A DNA stretch of 64,000 nt from Centroscyllium fabricii (lineage: Eukaryota), in the NCBI GenBank assembly GCA_051313645.2, contig JBNRSN020000045.1:3224001-3288000 (forward strand). The letters are read 5' to 3'. Position numbers and translations under genes: made by a program. The notes beneath the pieces are model-generated. The model was not told the DNA's origin. It saw nothing but the letters and a program-made list of their open reading frames with translations, and did not search any database. Positions within the stretch are counted from its first letter, which is position 1; every line of letters begins with the position of its first letter. Below are positions 10,914 through 22,393 of this stretch, one piece after another.

Positions 10914-12803
10914 ATGGAAGGAGAAAGCAGCGATCGCAGCGATGACAAACCGCACACGTGTTCGGTGTGTGGACGCGGATTCAGCCGATTGCCTGACCTC
11001 GCGAGACACGTGCACCGTCACACCAGGGAGAAACCGGGTAAAGGTGGGGACGGCGGGAAGAGATTCAGTTCTCCGTCTACATTGGAAGTTCAACAGCGCA
11101 GTCACACTATGGAGAGACTGTTCACCTGCTCCGTGTGTGGAAAGGGATTTGTTTGTTCATCCCACCTGTTGAGACACCAGCGAGTTCACACTGACGAGAG
11201 ACCCTTCAAATGTTCTGACTGTGGGAAGAGATTTAAAAACTCCTGGGAGCTGAAGCGACACCAACACCTACACACTGGTGAGAGGCCGTTTACCTGCTCC
11301 GTGTGCGGGAAGAGATTCACTCAGTCATCCCACCTGCAGTCACACCAGCGAATTCACACTGACGAGAGACCCTTTAAATGTTCTGACTGTGGGAAGAGCT
11401 TTAAAAGCCCCAAGAATCTGCTGGCACACCAACTTGTTCACACTGATGAGAGACCCTTTAAATGTTCTGACTGTGGAAAGATCTTTAAGAGCCCCGGGGA
11501 TCTGAAGGGACACCAGCTTGTTCACACTGACGAGAGACCATTTCAGTGTTCTGACTGCGGGATGAGCTTTAAAAGGCCCGAGGAACTGAAGAGCCACCAG
11601 CGAATTCACACTGAGGAGGGACCGTTCACCTGCTCCGTGTGTGGGAAGGGATTCGCTCAGCCCTCCAACCTGCAGAGCCACCAGCGAATTCACACTGATG
11701 AGAGACCCTTTAAATGTTCTGACTGTGGGAAAAGCTTTAAAAGCCCCGGGAAACTGAAGGCACACCAGCGCGTTCACACTGACGAGAGACCATTTCAGTG
11801 TCCTGACTGTGGGAAGAGCTTTAAAAGCTCTAGGTATCTGAAGAGCCACCAGCGAGTTCCCACTGGGGAGAGGCCGTTCACCTGCTCCGTGTGTGGGAAG
11901 GGATTCACTGACTCATCCAAACTCCTGTCACACCAGCTTGTTCACACTGACGAAAGACCCTTTAAATGTTCTGACTGTGGGAAGACCTTTAAAAGGTCCG
12001 GGGAGCTAAAGGGACATCAGCGAGTTCACACTGACGAGAGACCCTTTAAATGTTCTGACTGTGGGAAGAGCTTTAAAAGCCCCGGGAAACTGAAGGCACA
12101 CCAGCGCGTTCACACTGACGAGAGACCATTTCAGTGTCCTGACTGTGGGGAGAGCTTTAAAAGCTCTAGGTATCTGAAGAGCCACCAGCGAGTTCACACT
12201 GGGGAGAGACCGTTCACCTGCTCCGTGTGTGGGAAGGGATTCACTGACTCATCCAAACTCCTGTCTCACCAGCTTGTTCACACTGACGAAAGACCCTTTA
12301 AATGTTCTGACTGTGGGAAGTGTTTTAAACGCCCCAGGGATCTGAAGAAACACCATCACCTTCACACTGGTGAGAGGCCATTCACCTGCTCCGTGTGTGG
12401 GAAGGGATTCACTCAGTCATCCAAACTCCTGTCACACCAGCTTGTTCACACTGACGAAAGACCCTTTAAATGTTCTGACTGTGGGAAGACCTTTAAAAGC
12501 TCCGGGGTGCTAAAGGGACATCAGCGAGTTCACACTGACGAGAGACCTTTTAAATGTTCTGACTGTGGGAAGAGCTTTAAAAACCCCGGGGATCTGAAGA
12601 TACACCATCACGTCCACACTGGTGAGTGGCCGTTCATCTGTTCCGTGTGTGGGAAGGGATTCAGTCAGTCATCGAAACTCCTGTCACACCAGCTTGTTCA
12701 CACTGACGAAAGACCCTTTAAATGTTCTGACTGTGGGAAGAGCTTTAAATACTCTAAGAACCTTAAGGGACACCAGCGTGTTCACACTGATCATAGACTC
12801 TAA
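10914..12803 (+). CDS. C2H2 zinc-finger array protein A (22 finger units: 20 intact, 2 degenerate), no KRAB seen
   Basis: Open frame 10653-12803 with CxxC-x12-Hxxx-H repeats and TGERP/TDERP linkers. Splice acceptor TTTTACAG ends at 10804, and ATG 10914 matches the start of the paralogues. The true start may lie in an upstream exon. Confidence 0.92.
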   Translation: MEGESSDRSDDKPHTCSVCGRGFSRLPDLARHVHRHTREKPGKGGDGGKRFSSPSTLEVQQRSHTMERLFTCSVCGKGFVCSSHLLRHQRVHTDERPFKCSDCGKRFKNSWELKRHQHLHTGERPFTCSVCGKRFTQSSHLQSHQRIHTDERPFKCSDCGKSFKSPKNLLAHQLVHTDERPFKCSDCGKIFKSPGDLKGHQLVHTDERPFQCSDCGMSFKRPEELKSHQRIHTEEGPFTCSVCGKGFAQPSNLQSHQRIHTDERPFKCSDCGKSFKSPGKLKAHQRVHTDERPFQCPDCGKSFKSSRYLKSHQRVPTGERPFTCSVCGKGFTDSSKLLSHQLVHTDERPFKCSDCGKTFKRSGELKGHQRVHTDERPFKCSDCGKSFKSPGKLKAHQRVHTDERPFQCPDCGESFKSSRYLKSHQRVHTGERPFTCSVCGKGFTDSSKLLSHQLVHTDERPFKCSDCGKCFKRPRDLKKHHHLHTGERPFTCSVCGKGFTQSSKLLSHQLVHTDERPFKCSDCGKTFKSSGVLKGHQRVHTDERPFKCSDCGKSFKNPGDLKIHHHVHTGEWPFICSVCGKGFSQSSKLLSHQLVHTDERPFKCSDCGKSFKYSKNLKGHQRVHTDHRL

Positions 12804-14590
12804 CCGCTCAGAAGGAGGTGATTCGGCCCATCGTGTCTGTGCCAGCTCTTTGAAAGAGCTGTCCAATTTAGTCACAAACCCCAGCTTTATCCCCAGTACT
12901 CTGCAAACTAGTCCTCTTCAAGTACATGTCCAATTACCGTTTGAAAGTTCCTGAGGAACCTAATTCCAGCATCCTTTCAGATGGTGCGTTCCAGATCTTA
13001 ACAACCCTCTGTGTGAAATCAATTCTCCTCATTCCCTCTAGTTCTTTTAGCAACTATTTTAAATACTCCGGTTGAGGCCGAACCAGTGTTTTATAAAGGT
13101 TCATCATAACTTCCTTGCTTTTGGACTCTATGGGGTCTATTTTCCTGAAGGTGTAGAGAATTGGTGGGTTTCCCGCGGGTCACGTTTTCTTCCCATTTTC
13201 TGAAGGGTCTGGGAGATCCACGCAATTTTTGCTTAATTGGCCAATTAAATCCCCGTGTGTCGGAAGCCTTCCCACAGGGCTGTTTCCAGACAGAACGCCA
13301 GCAGGTTTTGGCTGTTTAACCAGCAGAGCCGTTAGCCTACTAAACCACAGAGATTGGGTGGCAGCTGCTGTCTGTTTCAATGGATTGTCAAAGAGTCGAT
13401 GACATCACAATGCCTACTTGTAAACCACAGAGATTGAGTGACAGCTGCTGTCTGTTTCAATGACTGCCTGCTCCAGCAGTCCCATTCGATTGAAAACTGC
13501 TGAGGAGCTTTCTGTCAAAACAGCTACAAGGTGAATTTGTGACAGCTTTTCTCCCACTGATCTTGTGCACCCTAGGGATACAGTTAGTCCCGATGCAGGC
13601 TGGAGCCCAGGGACGGCTTCTGCTGCAGCTGCTTGAATGATAGTCAGGAAGTCACTAGTGTCCCCGCCAGGTTTCAGCACCGTGGTTCCCACCAGGCGTG
13701 TTTAGCATGGGAAAAGGCTGAATATTGCAAGGTGTCCTTCAAATGGAATTATACATGCCAATTAAGGGTCCCTAATGAGCCTAACGACCATCCTCGCTGG
13801 TGACGGGCGGGATTGAAGCGGGTCGATCGGACCCGCCGGGCTGAAACTCACAAGCTGCCGGGAAACGGGCGGGAGGGTGGCGACCCCCCGTTTCTGCGAT
13901 TTCTGCCACCCCAGTCGGCGAAAATGCCGCCTGTCGGCTCCAGGAAAATTGACCCCATCGCCTCTATTTATAAAGCCCAGGATCCCGGATGCTTTTTTAA
14001 CCGCTTTCTCAACCTGACCAGCCACCTTCAACGATTTGTGCTCACATACCCCCAGGTCTCTCTGTTCCTGGGCCCACTTTAGAATTGTACCCTTTAGTTT
14101 ATATTGTCTCCTTGTTCTTCCTACCAAAATGTATTACTTCGCATTTTTCTGCGTTAAATTTCATCTGCCACGTGTCCGCCCATTCCACCAGCCTGTCTGT
14201 GTCCTCTTGACGTCTCTCACTATCATCCCCACTGTTCACTATATTTCCAAGTTTTGTATCATCTGCAAATTTTGAAATTGCGGCCTGTACACCCAAGTCT
14301 AAGTCATTAATATATATCAAGAAAAGCAGTGGTCCTAGTACCGACCCCTGGGGAACACCACTGTGTACCTTCCTCCAGTCCGAAGAACAACCGTTCACCA
14401 CTACTCTCTGTTTTCTGTCACTTAGCCAATTCCGTATCCATGCTGCCACTGTCCCTTTTATTCCATGGGCTTCAACTTTGCTGGCAAGATATTATGTGGC
14501 CCTTGTCGAACACCTTTTGGAAATCCATGTACACCTTGTTAACCGCATTGCCCTCATCAACCCTCTCTGTTACCTCATCAAAAACCTCAA
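12790..14590 (-). mobile_element. CR1 LINE fragment whose 3' tail abuts and terminates ZNF gene A
   Basis: RT motifs in ORFs 14099-14449 ([13 protein letters not shown]) and 14472-14672 (YMDFQKVFDK). A CR1 3' end (TCATAGA...GAAGGAGGTGATTCGGCCCATC) begins inside the last ZNF linker. Confidence 0.85.
13132..13956. mobile_element. Non-autonomous TIR element (Harbinger/PIF-like) inserted in CR1
   Basis: Terminal inverted repeats GGGGTCTATTTTCCTG / CAGGAAAATTGACCCC. CR1 sequence is contiguous across it. Confidence 0.7.
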
Positions 14591-14594
14591 TCAG

Positions 14595-14890
14595 AATCAG
14601 AGCGGCCGGGCCCAGCGGACGTGCGGCCAAGGCCCCGGCCCCAGGAAACCCCGGGTGCAGCGCCTCCCCCATCCGAGCCGCCGCTTCCCGGTTTCTTCAG
14701 CCGGTTCCACCGAGTCCGACTCGGACAAAGGATAGGAGCCAAATCCCAGAATGACCCGCGGCCCCGGGGAGCATGCGCACTCTCAGCGGGGAAATCAGCG
14801 CCTTGGATAGAGCGGTTTCTGGGGCGCGGGGAATTGTGGGTGCTGCGGCCCCCATTAATCAGCGGCTGTCGGGAAGAGTTTTATTGCAGG
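14595..14890 (+). promoter_or_regulatory. CpG island-like promoter region of ZNF gene B
   Basis: GC/CpG-rich, with an NRF1-like GCATGCGCA (14771) and GGGGAATTGTGGGT resembling the reverse ZNF143/THAP11 ACTACAnnTCCC motif. Confidence 0.5.
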
Positions 14891-15169
14891 TGATGGAAGT
14901 CGGTCCCTGGCCGCCTGTGCAGGTCTGTTTGTTGCTTCAGTTTGAGCTGGAGTGGAGATGGAGGAGAAGCTGCTGGGTTTAACCCCCAGTACTTCTGAGC
15001 CCAGGAGGGCCCAACAATTCCCAATGTGAGACTGTCAAGGGAGGTGGATTCTGGGGGAGATCAGGTTGTTAAACAGACTCTGTCCACACAATGTAAAAGA
15101 ATATTGTTTTAGGAACAAGTATTTCTGTAGAGGCTTTTAATCCATTTTACATATGCGGATTTTTAAAAT

Positions 15170-15460
15170 TCATTCTTGAGATGTGAGCGTCATTGGTAAG
15201 GCCAGCATTTATTGCCCATCCCTAGTTGCCCTGGAGAAGGTGGTGGTGAGCCGCCTTCTTGAACCGCTGCAGTCCGTGTGGTGAAGGTGCTCCCTGTTAG
15301 AGAAGGAGTTCCAGGATTTTGACTCCGTGACAATGAAGGAACGACGATCCATGTCCAGTCCGGATGGTGCGTGACTTACAGATGATGGCGTTCCCATGCA
15401 CCTGCTGCTCTTTCCCTTCTAGACGGTAGAAGTCGAGGGACAGGTAGGGCGGCAGGTTCC
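15170..15460 (-). mobile_element. Old non-LTR retroelement 3' fragment in the ZNF intron, shared with genes C (about 38370-38510) and D (about 55400-55700)
   Basis: GCCAGCATTTATTGCCCATCCCTAGTTGCCCTGGAGAAGGTGGTGGTGAG...TTCCCATGCACCTGCTGC recurs in the paralogous introns. Confidence 0.6.
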
Positions 15461-15859
15461 CTTCCATAAGAACACAAGAATTAGGAGCAGGAGTGGACCA
15501 TACGGCCCCTCGAGCCCGCTCCGCCATTCAATATGGCTGATCTTCGACCCCAACTTGACTTACCTGCCCGATCCCCATATCCCTGAGGGACATTAGTGAA
15601 CCAGTTGGGATTTTAATGACAATCCATCAGCTTTCATTGTTACTTTTTTTCTAGTACCGGCCCCAGAAATTCCCAGATTCATTGAGCTCAATTTCACAAA
15701 CTGTCTTTGTGTTTTTGTGAGTTCTCTCTCACTCCCTTTTTCTTGTTTCATATTCATTTTACAGGGTATTCGAAGGGCAGGATTTGCAGACAGGAAATTT
15801 AACTCAAGATCTGACCGAATCACTCAATTCATCGGGACCTGAATACCATCAAACATAAC

Positions 15860-16645
15860 ATGGAAGCAAAAAGCACCGTTCACAGCAGGGAGAAACCGTA
15901 CACGTGTTCTGTGTGTAGACGAGGATTCAGTCGATCCTCTGGCCTGACAAAACACAAGCGCAGTCACACCGGGGAGCAACCCTGGAAATGTAGTGATTGT
16001 GGGAAAGGATTCAGTTACCCATCTGAGCTGGAAATTCATCGGCGCAGTCACACCGGGGAGAGACCATTCACCTGCTCCGTATGTGGGAAGGGATTCACTC
16101 AGTCATGTGACCTGCTAACACACCAGCGAGTTCACACTGGGGAGAGGCCATTCACCTGCTCCGTGTGTGGGAAGGGATTCACTTCTTCATCTCACCTGCT
16201 GACACACCAACTTGTTCACACCAATGTGAGACCTTTTAAATGTTTTGACTGTGAGAAGAACTTTAAAACCAAAACGGATCTGCTGAGACACCAGCAAGTT
16301 CACACTGGTGAGAGATCATTCACCTGCTCCAAGTGTGGGAAGGGATTCACTTGTTCATCCACCCTGATGAGACACCAGCTTGTTCACACTGATAAGAGAC
16401 CGTTTAAATGTTCTGACTGTGAGAAGAGCTTTAAAAGCAAGAGGGATCTTTTGGCACACCACCGCACTCACACTGGGGATTGGCCGTTCACCTGTTCCGT
16501 GTGTGGGAACGGATTCAACAGCACTTCCCACCTTCTGACACACCAGCGTGTTCACACTGGGGAGCGGCCGTTCATCTGTTCCGAGTGTGGGAAGGGATTC
16601 ACTCACTCATCCAACCTGCTGAGACACCAGCGAGTTCACAAGTGA
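15860..16645 (+). CDS. C2H2 zinc-finger protein B (9 fingers)
   Basis: [19 protein letters not shown]... with 9 intact fingers ending HQRVHK*. Acceptor TTTTACAG at 15757-15764. Confidence 0.92.
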   Translation: MEAKSTVHSREKPYTCSVCRRGFSRSSGLTKHKRSHTGEQPWKCSDCGKGFSYPSELEIHRRSHTGERPFTCSVCGKGFTQSCDLLTHQRVHTGERPFTCSVCGKGFTSSSHLLTHQLVHTNVRPFKCFDCEKNFKTKTDLLRHQQVHTGERSFTCSKCGKGFTCSSTLMRHQLVHTDKRPFKCSDCEKSFKSKRDLLAHHRTHTGDWPFTCSVCGNGFNSTSHLLTHQRVHTGERPFICSECGKGFTHSSNLLRHQRVHK

Positions 16646-16928
16646 CTGCAGGGTTTGGATTCTGCTGTTATCGCTGCTGTTAATCACATCCAGGACTGAA
16701 CCATGTTCATTCTGACAGTCGGTTCACTCCTGCTGTTAAACCCCACCACTGATCCTGCTGAAGGTTGTAGGCTCAGGGAGTGGGGCCTCCAGGAGTGGAT
16801 GGTAAGAAAGCTGGGTTTTGGTATCCTGACAATTATATGGCGAGGCACCAGAGGAATCCTTACTGAGGAAATGACTGGGGTATCACCGGCCAGCGTAGGT
16901 CTAGGGGTGAATGATGCCTGACTCCATG

Positions 16929-18036
16929 CAGGGCGCGACAAAACCGCTTGCTCGTTACAAGCAAAATGCGCCGTCGGGCAAGCAAAAGAAAATCTCACTT
17001 GCCCAACCGGGCAAGTGCGATGTGCGGACATGACCCGAGTTGCGCCTCCCGGCGCCTGCGCAGTGGCCGGGTCCGGCAGTGGTGCTGAGGGTCTGCGCGC
17101 GCAGCCAGGCGGCGAGCGCCGATGAAGAGGCGGAGATAACAACAGAAAATGCCGGAAAAACTCAGCAGGCCAGGCAGCATCGGTGGAGAGAAATCTGGAG
17201 TCAACGTTTGGGGTTCGGACCCTTTATCAAAACTAAAGCCCGGAAATGAAACACGAGCAGTGAGGCCGGGGGGCCGGGGGGGGAATAAAGAGAAGACAGC
17301 ACAAAGAGAGAAAAGAAACTGTGAGAGGCGGAGAGGCTGCCCGAGATTCCCCCACGGGTCAGTTGCTCATTCGGCCAGGCACCGCTGTCGAATGGCGGCC
17401 CCGGTTACACCTCCCCGAGCGGACAGTGGATGAGGTGAGCCGCCTTTTGCTTCTCTCTCACTCTGTGTCAGCGAGTCTGGAAGGGAAATTGGAGCGAGCG
17501 CAGCAGGAAGTACCTGAAACATCAGGGTCAGGTCACTAAATATAACCGCCCCTTCTCATTGCAAGGCGGATATAAAGAACCTGATGGATCAGTTCCAAAA
17601 AGTTTTATTATTTAACGAAAAAAGGGAAATTGTCGCAACTGGGGAACTGTATTAATAAATGTCAGCAGATTTGGGGGGGAATTAATATTAAGTAGTAGAA
17701 TCCATCATCAAATTGCTTTTTTTTAGTTATCTTGCAATATCTTCGTTTATTGTCGAGCTTCACAAACTACTTTATTTGCTGATCTCCCTTCAAATGATTA
17801 ATTTCCGTTTTCTAAGAAACAGTATTTTTTACATAGCACAAGAGGATTTTATTTTCTCCGCTGACATAACACATTGCAAGCAAACATAAATATAATCACA
17901 ATCTATGGCTTTACATTGAAGCATTTTAATAAAAATGTAAAATCTTCGGGCAAGTGAAATTTGTGTTCGGGCAAGTGTTTTAGAAATCCACTTGCCCGAC
18001 TGGGTTAGTGAAAAATATTTTTTTTGTGGCACCCTG
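16929..18036. mobile_element. hAT-like non-autonomous element
   Basis: TIRs CAGGGCGCGACAAAA / TTTTGTGGCACCCTG with repeated subterminal CGGGCAAG/CTTGCCCG words. No matching 8-bp TSD is seen. It contains a degenerate PLE end at about 17139-17235. Confidence 0.7.
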
Positions 18037-19367
18037 CTTACACTGAACCCAGTTCAGATCAAGAGGAGGAATTCAGTTTACAGGAGAATCGAGAGAAATA
18101 TCACCCACAGTTGAGGGAGACAAAAGCAGCCATTAGAGAAGCTCCGAGATCTTTTGTACAGAAGATGGTGTCAATTGTGGTAATAATGGCAAAATCTTTC
18201 CCAGCTCCGTCAGGAGGCAGAATCCCGTTAAAGATGGTTTCGGGCGGGGCTGGGCAATGATTTGGGCCGGAGGGCCACTGAACAAGTTGTGGTGAGCTGT
18301 TGAGGGCCGCACACCAACGTTGCCCCTAAGGTGCGCGGCTGCCCGCTGGTGTAGCAATGGTGAGGCCCCGCGCAGGCCGCTCACCAGCTCCTGCCACTGG
18401 GAGAGCGGCACATTTAAAGGGACCACGCACGTTGGCGAGAGCAAAGTGTTGAATTGGTGAATCGGAAACAGTCCGACTCTTACTGTTGAGCATCTCACCA
18501 CTTCTACCCTCCCAATAATTTATCAACATCAATTCAGATAGTCGTCAGATACTATCTTAAATACACAGAATGTGGTGTAAGATAGTAAAATCTGCCGTTA
18601 CTAAATGAATGAAATGAGTGATTGACCGATCGATGGATTATATGTTGGACTGAAAGTCCACGTGGCTGTTTGGCCGAGTGGCTCTTGTCTTTTGAAGCAC
18701 AAGTAGCTCTTTGTGGACACGGTTTCTGCTTCAACAAACTGAAGAACGTCAGAAGTCATTAACAGAGACTGGCACAGCATGCCAGCTCAACAAATGGCAC
18801 CAAGGAATGGTGGGATGTGGGTTTATGCCCATTCTCCCTCACACTGCAAATCCTTAATCTCCACTGGACTGTCAGGAAGACGGAGGGGGGTCAACAGAAA
18901 GTGAGCGTGTCCCCACAAGGAAGAACATTTGGAGGGTGGGACCCCACGGGTCACAGTAGAACGGCAGGGTCAGAGCAAGCTGCCCACCTGTTCCCTCAGC
19001 TGAGAATGCTTTGGTTGTGTGCAGGGACCTAAAGAGAAAAAAACACACAACAAAAAGTAAAAGGCGAAAGAATACTTCAAAAGATTTGCTTAATGTTAGA
19101 AAATACTATATTTGTAAAATAAATCCAGGTAGTTCTTTAGCTAAACTCTTACTTAGTCAAACAATCATATTCCAATAAGTGATATTGCAGCTTGCTGTTG
19201 ATGATAATTAGAGATGTACTTTGTTGATAAATAGTGTCCGAGGTTAAAAAGCAGAAAGCTTCCCATTTGGGGATTCGTGTTGCTGCGGCTGCTCAGGCTG
19301 TTTCCATCGTTATTTTATTTCCCCTTTGGCCATTTTTTAGTAGTTGTCCTTCTAGTTCAGATATGCT

Positions 19368-19543
19368 GGGGGTAATTTGAACCTCCCCCACCTGACGGGA
19401 TTGAATTTTCTCCCCGTTTTACACCTTCCCCGATTTTGCTCTCCAATGATTTCAGTCGAAAGTGAAATCGGGCGGGTGTAAAACAAGCGGCCGATCTGAT
19501 GGCATTAGTTTCCCGCCGGGTGCATGAGGTTAAAATCACCCCC
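19368..19543. mobile_element. Palindromic MITE (Harbinger-like)
   Basis: GGGGGTAATTTGAACCTC...GAGGTTAAAATCACCCCC with the inner palindrome GTTTTACACC..CCCGATTT / AAATCGGG..GGTGTAAAAC. Flanked by a TGCT (or CTG) duplication. Confidence 0.75.
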
Positions 19544-20739
19544 TGCTGTTTCCAAACACAAGCCAAGCAAATTTCTCCTGACAATAGTTTGGTTCTGATC
19601 CTTAATAATGTTCCAGCAACTCTTATCACCACAATTGCTTTAATTCTGACATTTGGCCTGTGATCTGACAGCAAAGCAGTGATCTCGTCACCTGCAGTGA
19701 GCCAATGGGAACAAACTGGAGATCCACTGTGCAGGAAGAAACCCAGACACGCGACGACCTTTTCTCTCATTTGAAGATGTGCATCGCTGAAGAGGATAAG
19801 ACAGCTTGTAATGTGGAGGACAATCTAGGGTCAGGCAGTGTGTTTGGAGATGTCCAAATATTCATCATCATCCAGTCTGGTCCTCCGCATTGAAAACTCT
19901 TGGAACATCTCGGATTTGTGAAACGTTGAGGTTGATTTTATTGGAAATATCAAATTCAGCTCTGATTTGCAAACTTTTATCATTGCAATGCTCTTGCCAT
20001 TGAGATGCATCAGCTGAATAAGGTAGATTTGATATTTTCAATAAATACAGGATTCAGTTTCATATTTCCAAATACGATTGGCTTCCCAAGTCCATTAAAC
20101 ACCACAGATCAGATCATTCAGTCAGGCTCATTTTCAAAGAAAGGCTCAATTGCAACTGGCACATGGGCGAGAATGGAACGTCGATCCTTCTCTTGCAGCT
20201 GATCGGGGATCTTGGATGTGTTTGACGTTGCTGAGATTGCTGAGCTTAGACTTCTTGGGGCTGATTTTCACTCTGGGTGGACATCAGGCGAGCGGTGCGA
20301 TGGTGCTGCCTGTCCAATGTCCTCGGCGAGAGGACCCAGCCATTTTGATGGCTGGACTTCATCTGTGTAATATCCAGCTCCAACCGCTAAATCAGGGCTG
20401 ACAGGGAGCTTGCAGATTGGAGGGCGGGGGGTGGGTGAAACTGGAAATCTGCCGGCTCCTCCATGGAACAGAGCCAGACACATTGATGCAGCAAACGGCA
20501 GATTCCATTTGCCCGCCTCTGTTTGTGGTTGTGATTCCCCTGCTGCCTCGGAGACAATGACCCGCCTCCTGGTGTTACGTGGGCTGGGGTCGGGTGTGGT
20601 GGATGTTCGGCCTCGGAGCTAGGCCTTGGCAGGCTGGATTTAATCTATTGGCGGGCTGGAAATGGCCCATGGGCCGTATTTAGCACACCACTGCCCTTGT
20701 CCGTATCTTCAGCAGCTCAACAGAGTCGGGGATTGTACC

Positions 20740-20975
20740 CGAGATTGGAAGGCAGCTCACGTCGTTCCGATTTTCCAAAAAGGGGCAGATCAGAGCCAGG
20801 GAGCTACAGGCCCATCAGTGTGACCTCAACCACAGCGAAGATGGTTGAAGGGATCCTATAAGATGGTGTTTATGATCACCGGGGAGGAGAAGGGACCGTT
20901 AGAGAGACTCAACACGGCCTCTGGAAAAGATGGTCACATCCGACAAACCTGCTTGAGTTTTTTGAAGAAATTTAA
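20740..20975 (+). mobile_element. Decayed CR1-like RT fragment fused to a ZNF relic
   Basis: Translates VPRDWKAAHVVPIFQKG...PGSYRPISVTS...TNLLEFFE. Confidence 0.65.
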
Positions 20976-21019
20976 CCCTTTTACACGGATATAATTCTGG
21001 TGAATCTGCACAACAACTT

Positions 21020-21380
21020 CTGAGACACCAGCGACTTCACACTGGGAAGAGGTCATTCACCTGCTCTATGTGTGGGAAGAGATTCACTGTTATTCACCCT
21101 GCTGACACACCAGCGAGTTCACACTGGGAAGAGGCCGTTCACCTGCTCCGCGTGTGGGATGAGATTCACTCAGTTATTCACCCTGCTGACACACCACCGA
21201 GTTCACACTGGGGAGAGACCGTTCACCTGCTCCGTGTGTGGGATGAGATTCACTCAGTTGTTCACCCTGCTGACACACCACCGAGTTCACACTGGGGAGA
21301 GGCCGTTCACCTGCTCAGAGTGTGAGAAGGGATTTGATCAGTCATCCAACCTGCTGAGACACCAGCGAGATCACAAGTGA
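21020..21380 (+). pseudogene. 5'-truncated C2H2 ZNF pseudogene (about 4 fingers) with the family 3' UTR to about 21630
   Basis: [20 protein letters not shown]... with a frameshift near 21088 and no N-terminus. The 3' UTR matches that of gene B. Confidence 0.8.
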
Positions 21381-21634
21381 CTACAGAGGTTGGATTCTGC
21401 TGTTGTTGCTGCTGTTAATCACATTCAGGACTGAACCATGTTCATTGTGACAGTTGGGGTTTGTATCTGCTGATGTTAGTCACCCCTATAACTGGGCTGG
21501 AGTTTAATAATTCAAATAAATCTGCTTTGTTTCAATCACACTTTGTATCAAGTCCTTGATGTCTCAAAGATAAGAGGAGACTAATTGATATCCTGTTACC
21601 GACTGAACTATTTTGGGCCTTTTCTCCTTTGTTA

Positions 21635-22178
21635 GAGAAAGACTTGTGTTCATACAGCATAATTCACAACTGCAGGACATCCCAAAGTTCTTTACAGCCA
21701 ATGAAGTACTTTTGAAGAGCAGTCACTGTTGTAATGCAGCAAATGCAGCAGTCAATTTGCGCACAGCAAGGTCCCACAGCCAGCACTGTGATAATGACCA
21801 GATAATCCATTTTAGTGATGTTGGTTCAGGGAGAAATGTTGGCCGGGACTCCAGGGAGAACTGCCCTGCTCTTCGAAATAACATCATGGGATCTTCTATA
21901 AAAACAGAAAATGCTGGAAATACTCAGCAGGTCAGGCAGCATCTGTGGGGAGAGAAATCGAGTTAACGTTTCAGGTCACTGACCCCAGCTCTGATGGAAG
22001 ATCATCGACCTGAAACGTTAACTCTGTTTCTCTCTCCACAGATGCTGTCTGACCCTAATATCCGCAGTATTTTGCTTTTGTATCGGATCTTGAGACGGCA
22101 GATGGGGCCTATCTGCCTAGATTTTGTTCTCAAGTCTCTGGAGGTGGACTTGATCCTACAACCTACTGACTCAGAGAC

Positions 22179-22237
<59 letters not shown>

Positions 22238-22262
22238 TGCTCCCACTGAGCCTCGGCTAACA
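21635..22262 (-). mobile_element. Deu-type SINE with an internal PLE palindrome and a (GA)n microsatellite (about 22174-22237)
   Basis: Homologous to 9368-10244. Confidence 0.75.
21899..22084. mobile_element. Palindromic PLE-terminus mini-element with a degenerate hammerhead core
   Basis: Inverted arms GCATCTGTGGGGAGAGAAATCGAGTTAACGTTTCAGGTC / GACCTGAAACGTTAACTCTGTTTCTCTCTCCACAGATGC, with CTGATGG...GAAACGTT at 21991-22019. Confidence 0.65.
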
Positions 22263-22393
22263 CCCGATCATTCCTCTAGATTATTTCAGTTCTCATACCT
22301 TCACTTACTCTCATGGACAAGTTCCAGCTCCCCATACCTTCCAGAGTACCTCTCCTAGCCTTGGTATCCAAGGAAGGTATCGGTAACATGCCC

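Noticed and set aside
11037-11060. GKGGDGGK as a Walker-A/P-loop
   Set aside because: It is in exact register with a C2H2 finger (WKCxDCGK with Cys to Gly), lacks GK[ST] and has no NTPase fold around it.
18190-18445. Possible Harbinger-like fragments here and at about 20258-20690
   Set aside because: They are GC-rich and TE-like, but I could not pair TIRs or TSDs, so they were left unannotated.
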